From: Bacilli bacterium
GTDB taxonomy: Bacteria; Bacillota_I; Bacilli_A; RFN20; CAG-826
Reading direction: 5' to 3'
NCBI GenBank assembly: GCA_017651165.1
Contig: JAGCDH010000010.1
Location: 17,658-81,657 of the forward strand
DNA: 64,000 bases
The translations under genes and the position numbers were made by a program. How positions within the stretch are numbered: the first letter of the stretch is position 1; the number at the start of each line of letters is the position of its first letter. Of this stretch, positions 1-8,223 are shown in pieces. The notes below the pieces were generated by a model that made no database searches, was not told where the DNA came from, and saw nothing but the letters and a program-made list of their open reading frames with translations.

Positions 1-1549
1 CACCACCAAGGGCAATATTTGGATAAGAAGTGCCCCACTTAGTTATGCCTTCTGCTAAGTAGAGGTCAGCGACTTTGTATCTCAATTCATCACCATATTT
101 ATCAGAACTAACAATTCCAAGCTCATTATAAGCAAACGAATAATAGTTGTAGTATTTCGCAAAAATAGCATTGGTTTCGCTATCTTCGGGATAGAATTGG
201 TACTCTGAAGTAGAATTTGAAAGATCGATGTGTCGTGGATTAACATCACATGTATTGGTAATAAAATTCATATTAATAGTGATTCTATAAATACTCTTGT
301 TGTAAGCACCACCTTGAACGTGATATATACCAGCATCATCAGCCAAACAGTAATCTGCGTGAGAGTGGCCTTCTAAAACGAGATCAACGTAATGGTCATT
401 ACTTAATGAAATATCATATTCACTAGTTGTATCCCAAGAGAAAGTATTTCTATTCCATTCATAATAATTGCCATGGATAGAGTAAATGATAAAATCACAC
501 TTCTCTTGTTCCCTTAACCTTGTTGATTCAGCTTTAACCAAATTGGTTAATTGACTGCCTTTAGCAAAATAAACATCTCTTACTTTGCTATAAGAAATAG
601 AACTTAAGCAATCACCAATCGCACCAATGACACCAAACTTAACTCCAGCACGAGTAAAGGTTGTTGATGATTGGAGATAATCGACACGTTGATTATTCGC
701 CTTGTATAAAACATTGATTCCTAGTGTTGGGAAGTTGGCTAATTGTTGGTTTTGAATAATATATTCACTACCCCAGTCATATTCGTGGTTACCAACAGTC
801 ATAGAAACGAAGTTCAAAGAATTCATCCATTCAGTCACCAAGTTTCCGCGTGTGTTATTGCTTTCCACTGAACCTTGCCACATGTCACCTTGAGAGATGC
901 AAATAGTGTTCTTACCTTGTGACATTTCTTTTATGGCGCTTGTGGTTTTGGCCAAGCCTAAACCCGCACCATCAGTGTCGGTAACGTTACCATGTGTGTC
1001 ATTGAACGCAAAAAGCTCGAATGAAGCATAGTCTGGCTTAGTCTGTTGACTTGACGAGCTTGAAGATCCGCTACTAGATGATGGGTTGCTTGAGGAGCTC
1101 GCAGGATTGCTACTAGATGGGTGGTTACTTGAGGAACTCGCTGGATTACTAGTAGATGATGGTTTATTAGAAGAACTGCTTGAAGAAGGTTTGTTAGACG
1201 AACTTGAAGACGGTTTATTAGATGAACTTGATGAAGTAGCACTATTACTAGATGGTTTACTCGAGGAAGCGCTTGTACTAGTAGGATTGTTTGAGCTGCT
1301 ACTCGGTGTCAAAGAAGAACTGCTTGATTTTCCTTGGCTTGAACTACTTGGTGTAGGGGTAAGAGAGCTGCTACTTGGTTGGTTAAGGCTGGAAGATGAT
1401 GGAATCCCATCTTCTTTCGAAGAAGTGACACTACTGGAGTTTAAAGCAGTGAATGATGAATCTGAACTGCCCGCAAATTTAAAGCTACACGCAGTCGTGC
1501 ATAATGCTATAAGTGTTATCACACCAAGAAAGAGTTTTCTTTTTTTCAT
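1..1549 (-). CDS. Lipoprotein of the 5'-nucleotidase / calcineurin-like metallophosphoesterase family with a long Ser-rich tether. The C-terminal end runs off the window.
   Basis: Absent from the ORF track because no stop lies in the window. My translation from the ATG (complement of 1547-1549) gives MKKRKLFLGVITLIALCTTACSF, a signal peptide with a lipobox Cys. About 120 aa of S/P/N-rich linker follow. Then come the metallophosphatase motifs FAFNDTHGN, GDMWQGS, GNHEYDWG, SIHGNYYEW and EGHSH. The frame stays open to nt 1. Confidence 0.75.
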   Translation of the reverse strand, partial: MKKRKLFLGVITLIALCTTACSFKFAGSSDSSFTALNSSSVTSSKEDGIPSSSSLNQPSSSSLTPTPSSSSQGKSSSSSLTPSSSSNNPTSTSASSSKPSSNSATSSSSSNKPSSSSSNKPSSSSSSNKPSSTSNPASSSSNHPSSSNPASSSSNPSSSSGSSSSSSQQTKPDYASFELFAFNDTHGNVTDTDGAGLGLAKTTSAIKEMSQGKNTICISQGDMWQGSVESNNTRGNLVTEWMNSLNFVSMTVGNHEYDWGSEYIIQNQQLANFPTLGINVLYKANNQRVDYLQSSTTFTRAGVKFGVIGAIGDCLSSISYSKVRDVYFAKGSQLTNLVKAESTRLREQEKCDFIIYSIHGNYYEWNRNTFSWDTTSEYDISLSNDHYVDLVLEGHSHADYCLADDAGIYHVQGGAYNKSIYRITINMNFITNTCDVNPRHIDLSNSTSEYQFYPEDSETNAIFAKYYNYYSFAYNELGIVSSDKYGDELRYKVADLYLAEGITKWGTSYPNIALGG

Positions 1550-1681
1550 ATACCTTACCTCTGCTCTATTGCTTTAATTTTAATAAAAATTATAACTTAA
1601 TCAAGAAATATAGTGTGTGGCGTATAATTAACCTTGAATAAATAAACGATAAGTGTGAAACTATTAAAAGGTCGAATAACT

Positions 1682-2776
1682 ATGAAAAAAATAATCAAAA
1701 ACATCATTTCTATTTCTGTGCTTGCTTTATTAGCAAGTTGTGGCGGAAGTAAAAAAACTAGTACCTTACCAAGTAGTAACGAACCAACCACCCCATCAAG
1801 CAGTCTTCCAGAACAAACAAGCGCTCCCCAGAGCTCTAGTTCTAAAAAAGACTATGTTGATAATCAATTATCCAACGGGAATATGGTTGTAGAGTTCGAA
1901 TCCACAGGCGCAAGTATCAAATCCATCAAATGGAAAAACACACAAATTGCTAAAGATGGTTTTGTTGTCGGTAGAGTCGCCAACCGTATTAACCAAGGTA
2001 AGTTCACTCTCGATGGCGTGGAAATGAGCGTTCAAACAAATGATAATGGTAACTCATTACATGGCGGTCCAGGAACTGGCGGAAATAATTGGAGAGGTCC
2101 TTTTGCCACAAAAAGCTGGGAAAGAGTCAGCCAAACCTCATCTTCTATTGTTTTTAGAATTGTCTCACCTGATGGCGAAAATGGTTATCAAGGCCAAATG
2201 ACAATGACTGTCACGTATACCTTAAGTCAAGCCGGTGAATTATCCATTCATTACAACGCTTTTACCACAAAAGACACTTTGTGCAATCCAACAAATCACC
2301 TCTATATGGCAATCAACGGTGCCTCATCCAGTTCACCATGGGGTGGTAACTCATCCTCATCATACGACAATATCAAGTTGTGGATTAACGCTGATAACTA
2401 CACTCCTCTTGGAAAAGGCCAAATCCCCACTGGTGAGATCGCTTCTGTTACAGAAGAAAACGGGAAGTTTGACTATCGTACAGAAAGAGCTTTTGACAAA
2501 GATCAGAGTTATGATGATAACCTTGTTTTAAATGGCACAGGTACTCGCAAAGTGGCTACGATGACTGGTACCAAACTCGGTGTCAAAGTTGATGTCTTTA
2601 CTGATAGACCTGGATTACAACTTTATAAAGACGGAAGCGGTAATATTTGTTTAGAAACTCAAATGATGCCAGATGCGATTAACCATCCAGAATTTGATGT
2701 CTATGGCACCACTATTTTAAGAAAAGGTGAGACGTTTGAATCAACGACCACCTATGCGTTTAGCGCTGTAGAATAG
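1682..2776 (+). CDS. Aldose 1-epimerase (mutarotase) family protein, predicted lipoprotein
   Basis: Lies in track ORF 1655..2776. The ATG at 1682 gives MKKIIKNIISISVLALLASCGGS, a signal peptide plus lipobox, followed by an S/T/P-rich tether. Mutarotase motifs are present: GRVANRINQGKFTLDG and NSLHGGPGTG. Confidence 0.8.
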   Translation: MKKIIKNIISISVLALLASCGGSKKTSTLPSSNEPTTPSSSLPEQTSAPQSSSSKKDYVDNQLSNGNMVVEFESTGASIKSIKWKNTQIAKDGFVVGRVANRINQGKFTLDGVEMSVQTNDNGNSLHGGPGTGGNNWRGPFATKSWERVSQTSSSIVFRIVSPDGENGYQGQMTMTVTYTLSQAGELSIHYNAFTTKDTLCNPTNHLYMAINGASSSSPWGGNSSSSYDNIKLWINADNYTPLGKGQIPTGEIASVTEENGKFDYRTERAFDKDQSYDDNLVLNGTGTRKVATMTGTKLGVKVDVFTDRPGLQLYKDGSGNICLETQMMPDAINHPEFDVYGTTILRKGETFESTTTYAFSAVE

Positions 2777-2815
2777 TAACCCACTTATGAATAAAAAAAT
2801 AGTCGAGCGATTCGG

Positions 2816-3706
2816 CTATTTTTTATTGCTATCAGCGGTGACTTCTTTGCCCTTGAACCAACAGCCATACATGCCTGGTCCACAGCAGATACCGACGATA
2901 GGACTAATATAATATTGTTCTGTCTTGAGGTTTAACTCTTCTTCGATGCGTTTCTTTAAGTAGGCAACTGCATCGCTTGTCATCGTTTGACCGATATACA
3001 CTACATCTGTGACACCTTCGACGATGTTTTCTTTGATGTATTCCATACAGCCTTCTAATGCTTTTTTAGGGCCATGGACTTTTTTGAAGGTGTAATTATT
3101 ACCATAGATATCCGCCATAATGAGTGGCTTGATATTGAAGGTATCGGCAAAGAAAGCAGCCACACCGGAAACGCGGCCATACATCTTGAGATACTTTAAT
3201 GTATCAATGGATCCGATTTGATGGAAGTATTGTTTATTCTCTTCGAGATATTTAACAGTTTCATCGATAGAGAGACCTTCATCTCTTTTCTTAGCCGCTT
3301 CAATCGCTAGCATACCAAGCGCCATTTCGGCACGGCATGAGTTAACACTAATGATTTTACGTTCTGGATATTTCTCTAACATCTCTTCCTTGAGACTTTC
3401 AAAAAATCCTCTTGTACCGCTTAAAGCATCAGTACAAGCCACGTATAAAATATCAATACCTTTTTCTAGGTATTTTTCACATTTTGAGCAGAATTCTTCA
3501 CGGGAAACTAAACTAGTTCTAATGACGATATTTGGGTCTTTGACCCATTCGTACATTTGTTCCCTGGAAAATTCCTTATAATCTAAATCGGCGGAATACT
3601 CTTTTTCCCCCACTATAATGCCCATGCGGAAATAATCGATTTGGTATTTATCTCTTAATTCTTTTGGCATACCGGAAGAGGTATCCGTAAATACTTTGAA
3701 TGCCAT
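2816..3706 (-). CDS. DegV family fatty-acid-binding protein (FakB-like)
   Basis: 296 aa. The N-terminus MAFKVFTDTSSGMP and the size and layout are typical of DegV. A GAGGAT Shine-Dalgarno lies upstream. Confidence 0.85.
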   Translation of the reverse strand: MAFKVFTDTSSGMPKELRDKYQIDYFRMGIIVGEKEYSADLDYKEFSREQMYEWVKDPNIVIRTSLVSREEFCSKCEKYLEKGIDILYVACTDALSGTRGFFESLKEEMLEKYPERKIISVNSCRAEMALGMLAIEAAKKRDEGLSIDETVKYLEENKQYFHQIGSIDTLKYLKMYGRVSGVAAFFADTFNIKPLIMADIYGNNYTFKKVHGPKKALEGCMEYIKENIVEGVTDVVYIGQTMTSDAVAYLKKRIEEELNLKTEQYYISPIVGICCGPGMYGCWFKGKEVTADSNKK

Positions 3707-3890
3707 ATGTTTATCCTCGCTAGTGTAATATTACCATATTAAAAGGGCTTCGACTAGTATGTGAAATATAGTATCAATCTTCAAATTGGTACTATCTTGT
3801 AAGCCTATAAGCGCCTATATGATTTGATGAGTTCGAATTATATGGTAGAATAGTAAAAACGTAGTTTTAAATATTGCAAGGTTTCATTCA

Positions 3891-5591
3891 ATGCATTCAA
3901 TTAGAACAAAAACAACATTATTAAACGCCATAGCTATTGTGATCGCGGTCTTCGTGGCCACATTAATTGGTGCGATTACAATTGCTAACTTAGGACATAA
4001 TGATTCAGAAAAATCATTAAATCTTTTGTGTGAAACTGGAAAAAATAATCTTAACTACTACTTTAAGAGTGTTTCCCAGTCCATTGATACCGTGTCATCA
4101 ATTATCGAAGACGATTTAAAGAAAACTGATGACGCTGATTTTGGAAACCATATGAAACGCGCTTTCAGTTGGTTCCAAGAGGCAGCAAAACACACTAATG
4201 GTGCTTTAACTTATTACTATCGTATTGATCCAAATATTTCTAATAACTATCCAACTGATCCAGATGCTCCAGGTTTTTATTGGGTCAGAGAAAACGAAAC
4301 AGATACTGATTTTGTTGATTATGGCGCCACTCCTATCACCACCGATACCGATGGCTCATGTAAATGGTTCTGGGATTTAGCCCCAGCCAAAAATCCTGAT
4401 AAAAAATCAGTATGGTTAAGCCCATATATCACCGATAGGTTTAATAAATACGTTATTTCCTATAACACCCCAATCTATAAGAACAATACTTTCTATGGCG
4501 TTGCCGGTATGGAAATCCGTTATTTAGCCATGGGTAACCAAATTAATGACGTTACTTTGATGAAACATGGCTATGCCTTCATCGCGATGGGTCAAGGAAA
4601 TGAAGAAGAAAAAGGTAAACTTGTTTACCATCCACATCTTGACTTAGAAAATACTTTACCTAGTGAGTGGCCGGCTGTTCCTGAGGGCGTCAAGAAAGCG
4701 ATCGATAAGTACTATAGCTCTTCAGAAAGAAACGAGCCAATCCATTTTGAATATAAGTATAACGGTGTCAAAAAGCATGCCTCCATGCTCGGATTAAGTA
4801 ACGATATGGTTATCGTAGTCGGCATTCCATTTGCCGAAGTTAATGGTCCATGGGTCAAACTCATCATCCAAATCGTTATTGTTTCCACAATCATTTTAGT
4901 CGTCTTCGTCCTTATTACGGTTTTATATACAAGACACTTAACCAAACCATTAAAAGACTTAACAATTGCCGCGGAAGAAGTTAACAAAGGTAACTACGAT
5001 GTGGTAATTAAGTATAAAGGTAATGACGAGATAGGTGTTTTAGCTTCTACAGTTAACAATTTAATCGATCACCTCGAAGGTTACATCGGTGACCTCAATA
5101 GTTTAGCGTATGCTGATGCGTTAACATCCGTACGCAGCAAGAGCGCCTACGATATTTTCGAACGTGAAATGCAAGTTAGAATCGATGATAAGAATGACAA
5201 CCCAGAGTTTGCGATTGCCTTCTTTGATTGCGATGACTTAAAAGATATTAATGACCGCTACGGCCATGATAAAGGGGACGTGTATTTAAAGAACTCATGT
5301 CACCTCATTTGCCGTATCTTCCAACATAGTCCAATTTATAGAATTGGTGGCGATGAATTTGTCGTTGTTTTGATGGGTGAAGATTATCAACATCGTGAAA
5401 AATTAAAGAAGCAATTCATCGACAAGAGTGCAGAGATTTGTTCGTTTGCTAAAGAGCCTTGGGAACACATCTGTGTGGCTGTCGGTATCGCTGTTTATAA
5501 CGCCTCAATTGATAAGAACGTCGAAGACGTGTTAGTCCGTGCGGACCACTTGATGTACGAGAACAAACGCGAAAGAAAAAGCAAAAAATAA
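3891..5591 (+). CDS. Membrane sensor diguanylate cyclase (extracytoplasmic sensor domain, HAMP-like linker, GGDEF)
   Basis: 566 aa. Layout is TM helix, ~290-aa external domain, second TM, then a GGDEF domain. The GGDEF domain has an intact RIGGDEF motif and NDRYGHDKGD. Confidence 0.85.
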   Translation: MHSIRTKTTLLNAIAIVIAVFVATLIGAITIANLGHNDSEKSLNLLCETGKNNLNYYFKSVSQSIDTVSSIIEDDLKKTDDADFGNHMKRAFSWFQEAAKHTNGALTYYYRIDPNISNNYPTDPDAPGFYWVRENETDTDFVDYGATPITTDTDGSCKWFWDLAPAKNPDKKSVWLSPYITDRFNKYVISYNTPIYKNNTFYGVAGMEIRYLAMGNQINDVTLMKHGYAFIAMGQGNEEEKGKLVYHPHLDLENTLPSEWPAVPEGVKKAIDKYYSSSERNEPIHFEYKYNGVKKHASMLGLSNDMVIVVGIPFAEVNGPWVKLIIQIVIVSTIILVVFVLITVLYTRHLTKPLKDLTIAAEEVNKGNYDVVIKYKGNDEIGVLASTVNNLIDHLEGYIGDLNSLAYADALTSVRSKSAYDIFEREMQVRIDDKNDNPEFAIAFFDCDDLKDINDRYGHDKGDVYLKNSCHLICRIFQHSPIYRIGGDEFVVVLMGEDYQHREKLKKQFIDKSAEICSFAKEPWEHICVAVGIAVYNASIDKNVEDVLVRADHLMYENKRERKSKK

Positions 5592-5617
5592 AAACACAGC
5601 ACGAGTGTGTTTTTATT
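5591..5617. terminator. Bidirectional intrinsic terminator between convergent genes
   Basis: AAAACACA-gcacgag-TGTGTTTT hairpin flanked by an A-run and a T-run. Confidence 0.65.
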
Positions 5618-5656
5618 CTCCACTATTCTGCTTTTTAATATATTGCGTAGCGGGTC

Positions 5657-7054
5657 TTATGATTTGCTTACAAAGCTTGATTTATTTTCAAATGTCAAAT
5701 AATCCTTATTGGCGTCGTTAACATTAAGATAAACATTAACGGACATATTCTCATTAATTGGTTTTGTATAGATTTGATTATACTTGTTTCTTAATCTCGC
5801 GCCTTGGTTATTGGTAATAGTTAACTCATCGCCTGCGGTCAAATTAACATCTGGAATGAGATAGTTACCAGTAGTATCTAAAGGAATAGCAGCGTATCTC
5901 ATGCTGATACCTGAGCGAGTATAGCCACCAACAGTACCTGTTAAACAATAATCTGGATATTGTGATGGGCTAACATAAACGATACATGTGGCAGTAAAGT
6001 TGCCGTCAACTGTCTTTGCGGTAATCGTTGTGGAGCCCCTCTTTTCTTTAGCCACTACTCTTCCGCCACTGGTCACGGTAGCAATACTTTCATCACTTGA
6101 ACTCCATCTAACTTCCTTGTTAGTGGCGTTATTTGGATAAACTGTCGGAGTGATAACAAACTCATTTCTTACCAACAAATATTTACCAGTATTGCTTAAC
6201 GAAATACCAGAAACACTGACAGTACTTGATGTTTCATCAACCTTAGCCAAATAAATGTGTCCACCATCGGATTCGTTATAATCGCAGTAGATATCATAAA
6301 CACCGGTTGCGAGAACTTTGATATTATCATCGCTTGGTGCGGCAGTAACTAAACCAGATTTAACAGATGATTTAATCGCGGAATAGCCATACCATGTTTC
6401 GCCATACATATGGACTTTAAAGACATCATTGGCATAAAGATTAACGCCTTGAATCATATATTCTGTTGTGGAATATGGATTGATAACCATCTCTTTATCA
6501 GTCCAGTCTGTTTGACCGTTATAAAGACCATGTAAAACATAATTTGGAATTGTGACAGGTTGTTTGACTGTTAATGAACATTCAGCGGTTTTGTTACCAT
6601 CAACAGTTATGACTGTGATTTTTGTGGTTCCTGGTCCAACTGGTGTGATGTTGCCATCGTTAACTGTAGCCACGGATGGATCGCTGCTCGACCAAGTCAC
6701 ACTCTTATTCGTGGCGTTTTCTGGTAAAACAGTGGCCACCAAAGAAGCAGAAGTATCATCTGTATAAATCTCTAAAGAAGACTTATTTAAACCTACGGAA
6801 GTAACTGAAACAACAGTTTCCGTGCTACTTGAAGGTTTTACTTGAGAACTAGAGCTTGGGGCATTACTTGAACTAATGCTTGGACTATTGCTCGAGCTAA
6901 CACTTGGATTAGCGCTGGAACTAACACTACTAGAAACAGAAACACTATCGCTTTTTGAAGTGCTGGTGTCAGTAGAACCTTTAGACGAACAAGCGATAAT
7001 AACAAAAGGTATTAATAGGTTTAAAACGAGATATTTCTTTTTCATGCGTTTCAT
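5657..7054 (-). CDS. Surface lipoprotein with two Big_2 (bacterial Ig-like group 2) domains
   Basis: An internal ATG gives MKRMKKKYLVLNLLIPFVIIACSS with a lipobox, then a Ser-rich tether. Two Big_2 signatures are present: VTWSSSDPSVATVNDGNITPVGPGTTKITV and VRWSSSDESIATVTSGGRVVA. Each is followed by a ~100-aa beta-rich module. Confidence 0.7.
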   Translation of the reverse strand: MKRMKKKYLVLNLLIPFVIIACSSKGSTDTSTSKSDSVSVSSSVSSSANPSVSSSNSPSISSSNAPSSSSQVKPSSSTETVVSVTSVGLNKSSLEIYTDDTSASLVATVLPENATNKSVTWSSSDPSVATVNDGNITPVGPGTTKITVITVDGNKTAECSLTVKQPVTIPNYVLHGLYNGQTDWTDKEMVINPYSTTEYMIQGVNLYANDVFKVHMYGETWYGYSAIKSSVKSGLVTAAPSDDNIKVLATGVYDIYCDYNESDGGHIYLAKVDETSSTVSVSGISLSNTGKYLLVRNEFVITPTVYPNNATNKEVRWSSSDESIATVTSGGRVVAKEKRGSTTITAKTVDGNFTATCIVYVSPSQYPDYCLTGTVGGYTRSGISMRYAAIPLDTTGNYLIPDVNLTAGDELTITNNQGARLRNKYNQIYTKPINENMSVNVYLNVNDANKDYLTFENKSSFVSKS

Positions 7055-7111
7055 TATAACACGCGTAATCGCAATAACCACAATTTTTAATATACTTTAG
7101 TATATAAGTAA

Positions 7112-7142
7112 TAAAAAAGACATCTCATTCTAACAAGATGTC
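7112..7142 (-). terminator. Intrinsic terminator after the leader-peptide gene pair
   Basis: On the minus strand: GACATCT-tgttagaatg-AGATGTC followed by TTTTTT. Confidence 0.6.
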
Positions 7143-7233
7143 ATCTTTTCATTTCTGTCAATGTACTACGAGAATAATACAAGGAACACTTTTTAATAAG
7201 TAGTAACACTTTTAAAAGTTAACACGAACTAAA

Positions 7234-7533
7234 TTATCTATTCTTGGTCCATTGACGTTGACATTTTTTGCATTCGTAATGAACGGTTTCATGCCCATTT
7301 GCATCACGTTCACTCCAGAACATAATGTCATCATATCCAGCGCCACATTGAGGACAATTATTTTCAGTTGAACATAATAAGCCTCCACCGGATATCGAAT
7401 TTAATTGTTCGTCGGTTAATTCCACGCCTTCTTTTTTTGCTAACTCTAAGAGTTCTTCACTGTTATTACAGGCTTTAATTTTTACAATTTGTTCTTCTGT
7501 TAAACCTTTTAATAATTCTTGTTTCATGTTCAA
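7234..7533 (-). CDS. Small protein with a Nif11-like double-glycine leader and a Cys4 zinc-ribbon-like core (RiPP/bacteriocin-precursor-like)
   Basis: 99 aa. Residues 1-50 are MNMKQELLKGLTEEQIVKIKACNNSEELLELAKKEGVELTDEQLNSISGG, which resembles Nif11-type leaders ending in GG. The core contains CPQCG and CKKC knuckles. An AAAGGAGAA Shine-Dalgarno is present. Confidence 0.6.
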   Translation of the reverse strand: MNMKQELLKGLTEEQIVKIKACNNSEELLELAKKEGVELTDEQLNSISGGGLLCSTENNCPQCGAGYDDIMFWSERDANGHETVHYECKKCQRQWTKNR

Positions 7534-7548
7534 AGTTCTCCTTTGTTG

Positions 7549-7577
7549 ATTTTATGTTATCGCGCCCTTTGTCACAA
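7549..7577 (-). promoter_or_regulatory. Putative sigma-70-type promoter of 7234..7533
   Basis: On the minus strand: TTGTGA, a 17-nt spacer, then TAAAAT. The same geometry and a shared 16-nt motif occur upstream of the paralogue. Confidence 0.4.
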
Positions 7578-7631
7578 ATGTGCATAAAGAGATGCGTTTT
7601 AGTGGCTCTTGCTGAATGGATTTTGGATTAA

Positions 7632-7895
7632 TCATTTAGAGAATTTTCTTTCACAAGCTGAGCATTTGTATGTATTTGTAGATATAAAATTGATCCAAGT
7701 AGAACCGCAATAAGGACATTCCACTACCGAAAGTGTAAGACTACATCCGCCAGATATAGCGGTAAGTTGTTCATCAGTAAGTTCGATGCCTTCTTCTTTT
7801 ACAAGTTTTAAAAGCTCATCTGGCTTTTTGCATGCTTTTACTTTAGCGATTTGTTCATCGGTTAAGCCCTTTAGTAAATCTTGTTTCATATTCAA
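7632..7895 (-). CDS. Paralogous small protein with a Nif11-like double-glycine leader and a Cys4 zinc-ribbon-like core
   Basis: 87 aa. The first 50 aa are 36/50 identical to the neighbour by my count and end in AISGG. The core is unrelated in sequence but keeps CPYCG and CSAC knuckles. An AAAGGAGAG Shine-Dalgarno is present. Confidence 0.6.
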   Translation of the reverse strand: MNMKQDLLKGLTDEQIAKVKACKKPDELLKLVKEEGIELTDEQLTAISGGCSLTLSVVECPYCGSTWINFISTNTYKCSACERKFSK

Positions 7896-7910
7896 AGCTC
7901 TCCTTTATTA

Positions 7911-7939
7911 ATGATAGTTTGACACAATGTTTGTCACAG
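7911..7939 (-). promoter_or_regulatory. Putative promoter of 7632..7895
   Basis: On the minus strand: CTGTGA, a 17-nt spacer, then TATCAT. It contains the shared motif GCACTTCTGTGACAAA. Confidence 0.4.
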
Positions 7940-7954
7940 AAGTGCCACAAACAA

Positions 7955-8041
7955 TTATTCCTTTTTCCATTTGTGACCACAGTCATAGCATTCGCAATCG
8001 TATGCAGGGCTGAAATCAATAATATTATCATTATGTTGTGT
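7955..8041 (-). pseudogene. Possible remnant of the C-terminal knuckle of a third zinc-ribbon peptide paralogue
   Basis: An open frame without a start codon reads ...DFSPAYDCECYDCGHKWKKE*. Compare the C-termini CKKCQRQWTKNR* and CSACERKFSK* of the two intact genes. It has the same orientation and sits directly upstream of them. Confidence 0.3.
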
Positions 8042-8060
8042 TTAAGTCTGTTTGCGAATA

Positions 8061-8092
8061 AGAAAAAACAGTGACTTTGTATCATCACTGTT
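8061..8092 (-). terminator. Intrinsic terminator after tRNA-Thr
   Basis: On the minus strand: AACAGTGA-10 nt-TCACTGTT followed by TTTTTTCT. Confidence 0.6.
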
Positions 8093-8101
8093 GCTAACAG
8101 A

Positions 8102-8175
8102 TGGTGCCCCCTGGCGGAATCGGACCACCGATTCATCCTTACCATGGATGCGTAATACCATTTTACTAAGGGGGC
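8102..8175 (-). tRNA. tRNA-Thr (anticodon GGT), CCA encoded
   Basis: Hand-folded cloverleaf: acceptor GCCCCCT/AGGGGGC, D-arm GTAA/TTAC, anticodon arm CATCC-ATGGTAA-GGATG, T-arm GGTGG-TCCGATT-CCGCC. The T-loop has C at position 55. Confidence 0.85.
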
Positions 8176-8223
8176 AGCATTAATAATTATACATAAATGG
8201 GTATTTATGACAATAAAAAATTA

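Noticed and set aside
1086-1577. 163-aa plus-strand ORF rich in L/E/G.
   Set aside because: It lies antisense to the Ser-rich linker of the lipoprotein gene and is a low-complexity artefact. The same applies to 958..1242, 6552..6767, 6876..7100 and 41205..41402.
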